Assembly: GCA_963693365.1 (NCBI GenBank)
Contig: CAVNZM010000016.1
Location: 5,634,543-5,698,542, forward strand
DNA from: Amoebidium appalachense
Taxonomy: Eukaryota; Protista; Ichthyosporea
Reading direction: 5' to 3'
Length of the DNA stretch: 64,000 nt
Position numbers and translations under genes: made by a program. Positions 30,719 to 43,905 of this stretch are shown piece by piece (positions within the stretch are counted from its first letter, which is position 1; every line of letters begins with the position of its first letter). The notes beneath the pieces were generated by a model. It was not told the DNA's origin. It saw only the letters and a program-made list of their open reading frames with translations, and searched no databases.

Positions 30719-31801
30719 TTAGTTGGTGTGGACAAGGGCACCAGCACCACCCCCGTAACCATAGCCCTTGGGGCCGAAGTTCTTTGCATAACAGCCCTTG
30801 CAATAGACCTCGCTGTCCTTGTCCTGGCACGTGGTCGAGTCCAGGTTCTTGCTGCAGGTCTTGCAGCGGAAGCAGCTCTTATGCCAAGAGTACCCGGCAC
30901 CAAGCACCTGTGAGGATATAAGGTTGGTGGTTAGCGTCTATGTATAGGATCTGAGGCATGTGCATGCTCAACCTGAGAACAGTAAAGGGCATGCGCAAAA
31001 CTTGGTCCATGCATTGCTGCAACACTTAGCCTATGCGAGCAGCCAAGCTAAATATCTCTACAACGTGCAATATATATTCACGGTTTCAGATCATAGGTTA
31101 TGTCTCGAGTTCCGAAATGATGAGCAAGCGTTAGTGGGCAGGTCCACACCTTTTCAGCCATGTAGACTTTCTTCTCGCAGCGGGGACAGACATCGGTGCC
31201 CAAAACCTTCTTTGTCGTAGCAGGAGACTCTGACGCTGCCTCACTCTTCTCCTCCCCCTCGTCTTTCTTTGTCGTCACGGGGCCACCGGCAGCAGGACCC
31301 TTCACGGTAAAAGCGGTGCTCGAGCCCTCCATGCTGAGGGTGCCAGCCCCACCGCCATAGCCGTAGCCCTTGGGTCCAAAGTTGCGGCCGTAGCAGGACT
31401 TGCAAAAGATCTCACCGTCCTGAGGGGAGAAAACATTTTCAGGAAACTAGAGCAGAATAAACATCGGGTATTGTCAACATGTGCTTGTTTGCAAAATCAC
31501 TGCCAGTCGAGCTAGTACATAGACACTCTTGAGAGACCTTACCAACAGCAACAGTTACTGGATCTTCCTTTGATGGAGGAGAGACGCCGGGCGTGAAAAT
31601 GTAGATTTCAAGCAGGCAGCGGGCACTTAGTAACTCCCTCTTGTGCTTTTCTATGCATACCTTGTCAGCAACAGTGGTGGAGTCGAGGCTCTTGTTGCAC
31701 GTTGCGCATTTGAAGCACATCTTGTGCCACTTCTGCCCCACAGCAGCGACTTCCTCAGCCATGTACACCGTCTTGGTGCAGCGGGGACACTTGCTAGCCA
31801 T
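30719..31801 (-). CDS. CSRP1: Cysteine- and glycine-rich two-LIM-domain protein (CSRP/CRP/muscle LIM protein family), 3 exons, 199 aa
   Basis: Exons 31801-31661, 31419-31150, 30907-30719, all phase 0. There are two LIM domains (CPRCxKxVYMAE...WHKxCFxCxxCxKxLDST...CKxCY), each followed by the diagnostic Gly-rich '[14 protein letters not shown]'. Confidence 0.95.
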
Positions 31802-32300
31802 CTTCCTTCTCCGAATTCACCCTTTGTTTTTTTTATGTTCTTGAATAATATTGAACTATGGATCTCTGCTAGCCAAACTGTAACACGCCGTCTTTTTTTT
31901 GTCCCCCTGTGAAGACACCTTTTTGAACCTTTTTGACAAGTGTGCAAGTGGCACGGACGCTCGCGGAAGCCAGAGGCGCTTTTGGATCAAGCCAACTGAC
32001 ATGTACAATGCATGATATTTGGATAAGCATAAAATTATTTAAAGCATTAAATGAATACTATTGGTTTAAAATACACCCAAGCCTTGATATTATTGGTCAA
32101 ATTTGCTCCAGACAAACTTCTTATCACCGCTAGTATGGCACTTTTCCGAAGCACAGTGGCTCAGAACTTCTTTCCTCCTTTTTGCCTTCAAGAACTTGAG
32201 CCTTGTTTCAAATGCACCAAAGTGCATCTTCGTGTTTTATATACATAACACATTCTTTTCATTTTTCTTACATTAGCAGCGCCAAATACCTCACACCACC

Positions 32301-33700
32301 ATGGCCAAGAGAGCTCAGCTGCCTACGCAGCGGAGGACCCATTTAACGTAGATGAGCTACTCACGCACGTGTTCTCGTTCCTGCCCTACGTGCCCGTCTA
32401 GCCTGTTCGATTGTTAACAAGAGGTGGTGCCGCCTTGTGCGCGCAACACCGCTCACAAACACCGTTATAGTACACCCGGAGACTACACTCGAGGCTCTAC
32501 GGCGTGGCGGGGCGGTATGGGGCGTTGCTATTCATGCCTTGGAGATCGTGTTCTTCTACAGTGGTAGTGCGGGTGGAAATCCCCCAGTGTGTAAAACAGA
32601 ACGCTTCCAAGCAGCCATCTGTCATGCGTAACCTCGAACCATCGACAATTTTATTGAAGTACAGAGCGATCGACGAGAACCAAGCTAACCAGCCCGGGGT
32701 TGCAGTGCACACCCCGCTCGACCTTTTGCCGTTGCGAACTGTTACTTGCCTAAAATCGATCATCCTGCGCATAAAAGACGGCCCACGAGCACCTAATTTC
32801 CCAGTTCAAGACTCGTTTTGCGGTGTATCCAGCCTCACCGAGTCGAGTAACCTGCGCGTGTTTGAGTGCGTTTCCGGGATATCATGGGAGGAAGCCGTGC
32901 AACTGAAGGCCTGCACGACACTCGAACGGCCAAGCATCAACCCACGCACACTTGTCGAGTCGGGCCCAGGTCTCAGAGTTCTGGGTGAGTTTAGCACCCT
33001 CACCCGACTGTCCAACGTGACTGCAATCAGCGTTTACCTACCATTCGATCTCTCAATATGGCCGTTGACGTCACTATGCGTGGTAGGCCCCATGGAAGAC
33101 TTAGCTGCAAGTGTTCGACCTCTTGCCCCACACCTGCGGCAGCTTTTTCTGGGGTATGCACGGCATGCCTGTGTGGCGGCCACAGTGAGTAGGTGCACGG
33201 AACTGACGAACCTTAAACTGCATTTCGACTCTGAACGCATTGATCTCACCGACCTCTCCTTCCTGTCCGGGTGCACCAAATTAAGACGTGTTGATCTCAG
33301 GAGGGCCGACCACGTGACCGACATCTCGACCGTAAGCAGATGCACCCACCTCAAGACCCTTTCTACTGAATCAGGTTTTTTAGACATTGCACCCCTTACC
33401 CGCTGCCCCAATCTTTGCGTACTTGAGGTAAAACGTGGCAACGTGGACGATATCACTCCCATCTCCACATTAACCAATTTGCGGAAAGTTTTGCCTTGAA
33501 GGGAATACTTCAGAGCTGCCTATGATATCCGTTTTCTGTGTAACTTGCCCAACCTCAGGTATATGAGCGTAGACCACTGCCACAGTTCGAGATTGGCGGT
33601 CTGGACGAGGTAAAGGCACACGTGCTGATCAACGGAGGGACGTTTGTGGATCAGAGCCGGTTACCGTACCGGTTTTTGTACAGATCTAGATGCACGTGTG
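32301..33700 (+). pseudogene. Intronless F-box + leucine-rich-repeat protein, frameshifted pseudogene
   Basis: ATG at 32301. An F-box-like segment 'DELLTHVFSFLP..(frameshift)..ARLACSIVNKRWCRLVR' lies at ~32351-32440. LRRs in ORF 32504-33499 read 'LTDLSFLSGCTKLRRVDL', 'VTDISTVSRCTHLKTL', 'DIAPLTRCPNLCVLEV', 'DDITPISTLTNLRKV'. A further LRR 'YDIRFLCNLPNLRYMSV' follows the TGA at 33497-33499. Several frameshifts or stops are needed to join the pieces, and the 3' end is approximate. Confidence 0.75.
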
Positions 33701-34797
33701 CGTGCACGTGCACGCAACCAGCAGGGTTGCTACTTTTGAGTACATACTTGCCGCAACGGTTCGGATTCGGTCACGGGTTGAATGACTCAAGTAACGCACT
33801 CGCAAACGGGCGGTGAAAGGTGAAACGGAAATGTTGAGTTAGCATCGGTGGCTACAGTTAGATGTGTGCACAAGCCGGAGAATGGCTACAACGAGAATCA
33901 CACCTGGGACGACACCAAATAGGTCTGGTAACTAATTTGTGACCGAGTGAGATTGATCGTGGGAGGGAGGGGGGGGGAGGAGGGGTGTGTGTGTGTGTGT
34001 GGTGGTGGTGGTGGGGGGGGGGGGGAGGGGGGAACTAGAAGATCGAGAGAGAGAGAGATTTGACGGCGTGTATGTATGTATAGTGCACTATGATGATATG
34101 TCATGTTAGGCTTGTTAGGACATCTGTATTCACGACTTCATTATCAGGATGTAATGGTTATCTAGCTGAGGCTCGCGGCCTGACAGTCGAGGTAGTATGT
34201 AAGAAACTTAGCTGCCATGATGATGTAATTATTTAGTTGTTGACGTTACTGCTCGAGTTTCACCTTGCTGAACTTGCTGAAACTTTCTTTAGTTCTTTCC
34301 CCTCGCTCCCCCCCCCCCCCCCCCCTCCCCCGCCCCCTCCCTCGCTCTCCCCCCCCCCCCCCCCCTATCTGCCACCCTTGTTTATTAGCAACAGGCTAAG
34401 TCGTGGGAAAGTGGAGGTGGGCTTTGCATATATAACAATTTTCCGTGATGTGTTTTATTGGTATACATACGCTTATAATGGTTGAATAGCACTCCAAATA
34501 TCTTGTAGCTAATGCTTGACATGCAACAGTCCGCGGTTACGGCTGGGCTAACGCGTTCTCCCTATATGCATATAGAAATGTGTAATGATTATATACACCC
34601 GTGTGCCTCATGCTAGGTCCTACTAGGCAACGCTGATATACCCGGATTTCAACAACTAATTAAGATGTATATGTTTGTAGCATTTGGTTTGTGTATGACA
34701 TGAAGTCATCTGGTGAGTCCCGAAATCTTGTCCATACAAAGATAAATCTGGCAGGTTGATCTCATTGACAAGAGTTCACCCTAATACTGTCCCCCCC

Positions 34798-34858
<61 letters not shown>

Positions 34859-35535
34859 CACACACAGACACACACACAAACCGTGACACACACACACACC
34901 GTAACACACACACACCAGTGCCCCCAAATCTTTATAATTATGTACCCGGCTTGTCCGGCATGTAATTCTTTTTTTCTTCCTATAAGAAGCCCTATAATAG
35001 TCCCCCCCCCCCCCCCCCCACCCCCCACCCCCTCCCCCGCCCACCACATCCCACCCCACCACCACCACCACCCACCCACCACCTACCGCCACCCCACAAA
35101 GTGTATGTACTGCCTCCCGCACACTCGTGACACAAGCGCGCATGCACACGCTCGCAAATGCTCCGCTTTTAGTACGGTTCCGCTCAATATATGACCTGCC
35201 AGACTGCCAGGCATGCGCACGCACGCTCATATTTGGGAAGCGCGGAATGAAGTGCTGAGTTCTGAGATTTTGCCAATCTGTGTTTTGTGTGTGCATGTGT
35301 ATGTGTGTGTGTGTGGCGGGGGCCGGGGAGGGGGGAGGGGGGGGGGGGGGGGGGGAGGGGGGAGGGGGGGAGGGGGGGGGGGGAGGGGCATCTGACTATG
35401 GGGAGGCATTCAAATAGGGCACAGTCTGCGGAGTGAAACTAACGTGTGTGTAGGGGGGGGAGAGGATAACAATACGAGTGCCTCAGGTGACACTAACGGG
35501 AGTATAAAGAGAGTGGGGCTGGAAGTGGGGGCGGG

Positions 35536-35600
<65 letters not shown>

Positions 35601-35761
35601 TATATAAAATGAGAGGGAAGATATAGGTTGCTGGGGGCGGCGGGGAGGGGGAATGGGGGGGGGGGGGGGGGGGGGAAGGGGGGGGGGGGGGGGGGTTGAG
35701 ACCGATTGGCAAAGAGCTTCCACACTAACCGCTTCCCCCCCCCCTACGCCCCCCCGGCCCC

Positions 35762-35795
<34 letters not shown>

Positions 35796-36447
35796 CCCCT
35801 CGCCCCTCCCACCCCCCCCCCCCCCCCCCCCCCCCCCCCGGCCCCTCGCCCCTCCCACCCCCTTCCCCTCGCCCCTCCCACCCCCTTCCCCCGCCCTCCT
35901 TCCCCCTCCCGCGCCCCCTCCCCTCCATTCCCTCTACCAACATCCAACGAGCTCAGCCTATGCATATCAGCACTTAAAGCTTTGACTTTATGCCCCCGCC
36001 ATCATGCCACATACCCCCCCCCCCCCCCCCCCCCCCTCCCTCCCCTATTGCACTCCAAACCCCTCTATCCCTATTGCACCCCACCCCCATCCTCGGGCTC
36101 TTATCCCTCTGTTCACTCATCTATTACTACACGTACGCCACTGCTTTCTGAATCATTCTATCCATCTATCTTCTTCATTTAGGAAGCTAGATTTTCTGAA
36201 CCTGTACTTTGTCTACATCACTAATGTGCAAATGAGAGGTTGATATAGACTCTTGCTCAGCTTCACGAATTACGCTTCGAATTGAACTTAGTTGCCATTC
36301 CCCCAAGCCGGTTTCTAAGCCGGTTATTACCAAATGTTATATGCCATCTTGTCATAAAGGGGGGTGGGGAGGGGTTGAACCGTTTTATCTAAAGTCTTAT
36401 TCAGTACCGCTGCCTAGTGGTGGGTACCCAAGCCACGGAGCCAATGT

Positions 36448-36580
36448 TGTCAGAATAATATTAGATATTATTCACCTCATACGGCATATCAAACATATAT
36501 TAGTTTATCATGTGTAGTACATCATGTGTGCGTGATGGTTTAAGCATTGGCATTCCGAGAATAGTGCAATGCTTCTATCA
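36448..36580 (+). repeat. 5' LTR
   Basis: TG...CA direct repeat of 38011-38146. Confidence 0.8.
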
Positions 36581-36884
36581 TAGCAAAACAACTGACAAAT
36601 GGATAACAATAAAGTGAAAATGTTTATATAGTTATTCATATAAATATACAAACATTGAATCTACTCTATCACAATATTATTACCATGGTCTGACATGTGC
36701 ACAGCTCTTGGCGTGCAGATGTAGTACGTCAGGAACACGTACACTAGACCTATCAGAATGGAGGGAACAACAACATGTACCCAAAGGGCAAATGATTGAT
36801 ACAAAGGAAGCAGCAGCGTTTCACTGAGAGAGGGAGAGAGAGAGGAACAAATAATATATGATTCTACGGAATATATAATATAGT

Positions 36885-37802
36885 ATGCAACAACTTCGAA
36901 TGCTTGCAACTATAGAAACTACACACGTGTATGTGTATTTCAACATTCGCCTCAAGAAGGGAGACAATTTTGCACTGTACGAGTTCCGCATGAAATCCGC
37001 CTTTATTGTGAATAGTGTGTGGACCGTCATCAACGGCACTGAGAAGGCGCCAGGTGTCACAGAGGTGTCACCAGCGTCGGAGCAGGGCAGTGGTGAAGAG
37101 GAGAGTGTGCGGGTGACTCGCAAACGTGATAAGCAGGCCACTACAACCGAGACGTCCACGACTAACACCGTGGACAGCACCGAGCTTGTGCGCTATGAGA
37201 ACCGCTGCGATTTGGCACGGGCGTTCACCATCATGACACTGTCAGACGAGCAACTACAACACCTGACCGGCTTAGCATCCGATCACCCTGCTGACATGTG
37301 GGCCAAGTTACATCAAGTTCACCGCATGAGTGCGGGTTCATGCAAGTCTACACTGTGACGCCAGCTTTTGCGTATGCAGATGCAAGCTGACGAGTCTATT
37401 GCTGAGTACTACGGGCGCTTCAACGCAATTGCTTTGCTGTTGATTGACGCGGGCGATATCAAGGAGATTGATGCGGAGCTGCTGATTGCAGTGTTTACGG
37501 ACAGCCTGCCCAAACGTTTCCGCGTGGCGGTATCAGCTTTGGAGGCATCCGGTGACAACGAGCGGAGTATCGACAGAGTGGTCGAGCGCTTAATGAGAGA
37601 GGAGCAGGTGCTCATGGGCTATGCTGATGCAAATGGAGGGACATTAGAGGGGGATACCATCAAGAAGAAGATATGCCACCGCTGCAACTCTAACAAGCAC
37701 CTTGTCAGGGATTGTTCCCATCCGGACAAACACAAGTTCGGAACTGGTCTCCACGCCCGTACCACGTATCACGCTCCGGATCCATTTGCTATTGTTCTGT
37801 AA
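36885..37802 (+). pseudogene. gag: Copia-type Gag (UBN2/Retrotran_gag_2 plus CCHC zinc knuckle) with one in-frame stop
   Basis: Motifs 'LKKGDNFALYEFRMKSAF..VWTVING', 'ARAFTIMTLSDEQLQHL', 'DMWAKL', 'MQADESIAEYYGRF', 'SLPKRF' and knuckle CHRCNSNKHLVRDC (CX2CX4HX4C). ORFs 36885-37358 and 37368-37802 are in the same frame, separated by TGA at 37356-37358. Confidence 0.85.
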
Positions 37803-38010
37803 CGGAGCGCTAGCAACCAAGCCATTCCACCATGCTGGTTTTTTGTGCAGTATGCACGTGTTATCTTTTTGTGTTCCTGGGGCACGAGTGTCAGGTTCAT
37901 GGAGAGACTGTATGTGGTATTTGTTTTGTGCATTATGCACGTTTAGGGAGAGCCTTTTTCATGTGTATGTCTGAGCCTTTGATAGTGCGCATGCCTTGAG
38001 CAAGGGAGAG

Positions 38011-38146
38011 TGTCAGAATATTATTAGATATTATTGTGCTCATACGGCATATCAAACATAATTATATCAGTTCATCAGTGTAGTACATCATGTGTGCGTG
38101 ATGGTTTAAGCAATGGCATTCCGAGAATAGTGCAATGCTTCTAGCA
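38011..38146 (+). repeat. 3' LTR
   Basis: TG...CA direct repeat of 36448-36580, preceded by a polypurine tract. Confidence 0.8.
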
Positions 38147-38794
38147 CGTGTAGCTCAGTTTGTGTAACGTATAGACACAGGCGTACGTGTCCGTACGTGT
38201 GCCGTACGTGTGGATTCAGTAGACGTGATTGGTTCACGGATAGGCTCAGTGCCACGTCAGTAGTGGGTTCTGGATCTTGTTTGGAATGCATAGCGGTTAA
38301 GTCTAAGTAAAGTTGGCTATGATTGATATGCTAATTGCTATAATTGGTCATTCGATTGTTCGATAGATCACTGAATCTACAATTCAGATCTGCGGGTATA
38401 AAAACCCGACACGAGGCTAAAATAAATCACTTCAGTTGCCCAGGCATTTGGGTGTGGTCTTGGTTACTCCGGCATATGTACCTACCGTAACTGAGCGTGC
38501 CAGACAGGCATGGCAGTGTCATAAAGGGTAACATGCCCTATTCCCCCCCCCCCCCCCCCCCCCCCCCCCTCCTTCCCCCCTTGCTACCCACTCAGTTTGT
38601 TCCACCAAGTGATGCCCAATGGCTTTTCTCCCAAGACTTTTATCCCTTCCCTTTTTCCCGCCTCCTCAGCTCTCCAGCTCTCCCCTCCCCTTCTCCCGAA
38701 TATATTTCTGCATCCAGCTCCGTTGAATTAAGCTTGGTTTGTATAGTGTGTGTGTGTGTGTGTGTGACTAGAGGAGGGGGGGGGGGGGGGGGGG

Positions 38795-38825
<31 letters not shown>

Positions 38826-38871
38826 GGAGGGAGAGAGAGGGGGGGGGGGAGAGAGAGAGAGGGGGGGGGGG

Positions 38872-38909
<38 letters not shown>

Positions 38910-38993
38910 AAAGAGAGAGAGAGAGTGTGTGTGTATGTGTGTGTGTGTGAGAGGGAGGGAGATGGAGAGGGGGGGGATCCGGAGAGAGAGAGG

Positions 38994-39033
<40 letters not shown>

Positions 39034-39061
39034 CTAGAGAGAGAGAGAGAGACGGGGAGAG

Positions 39062-39251
<190 letters not shown>

Positions 39252-40652
39252 CGAACAGTGAAGGGAATAACAAACAGACAGAAGTGAAGAACTTCTCGAT
39301 GTTAGGTGTCACGTGCGCGGATATTTTTCCACATACTTGCGCCATCTTATCTACTTGATCATTCCAATACTATGCCAGTACTTTTCACGTGTGTTTTTAT
39401 GTCAACGCGACTACGCACGGTCGCACCGCGTGCACTGTTTGCACACGTGATTGAATTCGAAAGGCCAGTGCTCGTCAATTTTTTCAATGCTGTGGTGCGC
39501 GCTAAATCAATAAAAAGCAGGCAGAAGTTTTAGGTAAGCCAATCGGATGCTTCCTCCTATTTACATTTCGGAATGTTCCAGATCTAATTTGGCTGTTCTC
39601 ACTTTTCAAGTTCACTGTGACGACGGCTCGACCTCATTTTGCCTTAAAAAAGTGGCGAAAGATGGGACAATAAGCTATATTTGTAGATTGTTAATATAAT
39701 AGCCAGCAGTCTTTAGCGTTTTTATGAAGAAATATGCATAAAATAAACCAAAAACGGATGCCAAAACGGATTGCGTGTTTCCGACGCTTTTGCTTCGAGC
39801 TCTCAACGGCCAATCACAGTGACCAGATCCAGCTGACCAATTAGTACGAGCCAAATATCATACCTGGAATGCATATTTTCATGAGTTCAAAGGGGTGATT
39901 GGTTTACTGTAGGGAGTGGCTCAGTAGATTCCACGGTTTGACCAATAGGAACGCTTTTCTTGATTGTTTACCTTTCGCGGTCGGTTTATTCACCACGTGC
40001 ATGCAGTAGAAAAACCCATGTTTTTCACCCACACACAGTCAGTTTACACTTTGATTGATGTGCAAAAGCTTTTTTTCTTGGCAAAAAACTATTTCCTGTT
40101 GGCTAGAAATTCCTGCTGCAATTGCCTTTTCAAGAACTGCAAAGTGCAAGCCAGCTACAGAGAGCTTCGTGTGTGCAGCAACTTTCAGCAAACCACCAGC
40201 AGAAAACGTAAGGGAATTACTCAAACAGGTCTCTAAACTTGTTTTGGGATGGTAAACGGATATTTTCAACCTTTCTGGTGGATTGTTTTTCTTCTTCTTC
40301 TTTTGTTGTTTGCCCTCTAGCATGCTCGTAAACACAACAGATACACATAGTGCTATGTTTCTGTTCAACGTTGAGCACAAACCAAGGGTGGTATCTGTTC
40401 ACTTATTCTTCCAGAAACAGAAAGGTATAAACCTTTTTGCTGTAAACTTCTTTTCGGGTTGCTTTCCTTTTAATCACACAATGCTTCTGCATCCCTGCTT
40501 TTCAAAAACTATTATGCTTCTAACTGCTATTCACTTGTAGACGAAGTTCTTGTGTTTTGTGTGCCACGTCGAACAAAACCCTAACTCCCATCTTTCTGGT
40601 TCTTTCAAATGCTTTTCTTCACAGGTAACTAGAAGACGTCAAGTGCAACAAG

Positions 40653-41604
40653 ATGGCGAGAAATAAGCAACTTGGTCTCCTCCTCTTCCTTCTTGGGTGT
40701 GTGATCTGTGCAGCAGCATTATCTGATTCGTCACCACGTTTTGGCTTTCCAGGCACAGGTAAATCATCCCAAAACAATCGTCAACCATTTCCTTTGTTTT
40801 CTTCGTTATTTTCGCGTGGGGTTATTTTTGTTCTTGCTTCTGTTTTTGTGTATGGTTTTGTGTGTGGCTGTGGTTAGAAGCAAGGGAAAGGCTTGTAAAC
40901 CATGGAGAGGTAATTTAATGTATAAATAGGGGGAGTTTGTTTAGTGCCTGGAGCATTTCTGGAAATGGGGATACCCGAAGCCCTAACACGATCGACAAGA
41001 AACACTCACCAGATACAAACCCAACCCGTTTAGTTAGTTTTTCAGTTATTGTGAATTGGTTATTTTAGTTTCTGTTGTGCCGCAATGCCAATCATTATGA
41101 TCGTATGCATGTGGGTGCCTCATAAACATCTGATCCAGAAATTCTGACCAGAATCCTCCTGGTTATACCTTGTGTGCGCGTGTGCACGTGGTATGAAGAA
41201 AATATGTCTTTTGTGTATGTGTGCTATAATGCATGTTCTTCCTTTGCCTTTTGTGAATACCGATGCGCTTTCTCTTTGCATATTTGAGCAAGTGTGTTCG
41301 TGCCCCACCTCCCCCCCCCCCCCCCCCCCCCCCCCCCCAACCATTTAATTCTGGGACCAACCCATTCCACCAATCCATTTAATTTTATTTATTATCTATT
41401 TTATATTTTAATTTTTGCTCTTTTTTATTCATTTTTTGGGGGGGGAGGGGGTGGGGGCGGGGGGTGGTTTCAGTTTCTTCGATTCCCAAGTCCTTATTCT
41501 CCCTTCCCGCACAAATACAAATACTTACCCTCCCCACCACTCATCCCCATTCCACCTCACCCCATGCAACTCTGTCCCCCCATACCCCTCTCTATCCCTT
41601 CCCT

Positions 41605-41674
<70 letters not shown>

Positions 41675-42033
41675 CACGCAAAAAAAAAAACAAAAAAAAA
41701 CAAACACACCAACGCAAAACACAAACACACGCCACAATGTTTCACCAACACAGGTCGAAAGTGGCGCCCAGATGGTCGGTGCGGAGGCAACTTCACGGTA
41801 GCCAATGGGGGCATTGCCGGCTGCAACCCGGACGATCTGATTGGTCCGTGCTGCTCCCCCGACGGCATGTGCGGGATGACAGACTACCACTGCAAGGGTC
41901 CGAACACCACCGACTACCGCATCAGTGAGTACTCTTCCTCCCTCATACACACACACACACACATAATCTATAAAACTTAAGGCTAAACCGCAACCCCCTC
42001 CCTTCCCCCCCCCCCTCCCCCCCCCCCCCCCCC

Positions 42034-42083
<50 letters not shown>

Positions 42084-43547
42084 ATTTATATAAATTATAA
42101 TAATAATATAATATATAATAATATAAAATAATATAATATATATAGATTAGGAATGAACCGCAAACCTTCTCCTGTCCCCCTTCCGCCACCAACACCACCA
42201 ACACCACCACACACGTGTGCACACGCACACGCACACACATGAAAAAATAAATATTGAGAAGTAACCTGAGGACAAAACACAACAGCCTTAGACTTAACAC
42301 ACGGGAGTGTCAATCGCTAACCGTGACCTTTCCCCCCTTCCCTCCCCCACCTCCTCCCCCCCCCCCCCCCCCCCCCCACCCCACCCCCACCCTTCATCTC
42401 ATGTGCATCCCCTCCAACCAATCCGTAACTCTATTCTTTCCTACTCTCCCGCTCCTCTCCTCACTTCTCCTCCAAATCCTAACCACAGTTTCCGCTTTAT
42501 CCTTCGCCCCCTGCTCCCCCCCCCCCCCCCCCCCCCAACACACACACACACTCTCTCTCTCTCTCTCCCTCTCTTACTCACCCTTCTTCTCCCCCTCCCC
42601 CCCCCCCCCCCTCTCCCCCTCCCCTCCCCCTCCCCCTCCCTTCTACTGTCTCTTCCCTCCCTCCTCTCCCTCCCTCCCTCTCCCTACCTCTCCCAGCCTG
42701 GCGCAAGGACAAGCGGTGCGGGCCACGGTTTCCAAATAAGGCAGGTCTGCCGGCCGAGTGCAACCCCGACAGCCAATCACCTTGCTGCTCGTCAAAGGGC
42801 AGATGCCAGGGGTCTGACGAGGCCTGCTACTGCCCCACCTGCATCGACTACCGCAGAGGTGGGTGTTGCTAAAATGCACTTTTTACAATTAAAACTAAGA
42901 TTGAATCTTAAACTGAAAGCCGTTTAAAGTAAAAAGGTTGAGAAATGTGATAAGAGATAAGAGAAATCTTCCCCATGTCATAATTTTCCTGCTCCTCCCC
43001 CCCCCCCCCCCCCCCTCCCCGGGGATATTTCCTCAAAAACTACTTTCAGACCCCCCCATCCTCCCCCCCCCCCCCTCCCCCCCCCCCCCCCCCCCCCCCC
43101 ACACACACACAAACCCCTTTTTCCTCGCACGCGCAGTTGGCTGGCGCCGCATCATTGGTGCAGATGTCTCTGGCCGTGTTCTGGGCGTTCTGATTGGCCA
43201 AAACGAAACCAACGGTGACGACATGTCGGATCTGATTGGTCCCCAGGTGACGGTAGAGGAGTGCAAAAAGGCGTGCCTGGCCACCTTCTACTGCAGTGGT
43301 TTCACGTGGAATGGCACTGCTTGCACGTGCGTGCCCCCCCCCCCCCCCCCCCCCTCCCCCCTCCTCCCCGGGCCCCCCCCTTATCCCCTGTGCCTCTTCC
43401 CTCCCTCCCCCTCCCTCCCTTCACCCACTCCCCATTCCCTTCCCCCCTCCCCCCCCCCAAAAAAAAAATAAAATAAAAAAATAAAATAAAATAAACTCCC
43501 ATGCTCTCTGATCCTTCTTTCCTTTCATCTGTTGCTTCCCCCCCACC

Positions 43548-43579
<32 letters not shown>

Positions 43580-43874
43580 AAAAAAAAGAAAAGAAATAAC
43601 CGTTATGTTATCTACCCCCCCCCCCCCCCCCCCCTAAGTCCTCAAAGTTATCTTTCCCTCTCTCTCCCTCCCCCCTACCCCCCCAACCCCCTTCCCCTCG
43701 ACCCGATCCTTATACCCCTACCCACACTCTGCCCACACAGTCCCCTTGTCCTTCTTCCACCAAAAAAAAAAACAAGAAAAACATATTTGCAAAAAGGCTC
43801 ACGGCTCTTGATTATGTGCCTGCTGAAGAAGTAATTGTGTGCCTTTGTATCCCTCCCTCCCCTTTCCTCCATCC

Positions 43875-43905
<31 letters not shown>

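Larger units (their letters stand above)
36448..38146 (+). mobile_element. Non-autonomous Ty1/Copia-type LTR retrotransposon encoding Gag only (TR-GAG-like), ~1.7 kb
   Basis: Diverged direct terminal repeats 36448-36580 and 38011-38146, both TGTCAGAATA...GCTTCTA[T/G]CA. A polypurine tract AAGGGAGAG lies immediately before the 3' LTR. The internal ORF is Copia gag, and no pol fits in the ~200 bp between gag and the 3' LTR. No clean TSD (aatgt vs cgtgt) or canonical PBS was found. Confidence 0.85.

Noticed and set aside
30557-30913. Plus-strand ORF overlapping CSRP (also 31641-31912, and 33034-33477 opposite the LRR ORF)
   Set aside because: Antisense shadows of real coding sequence.
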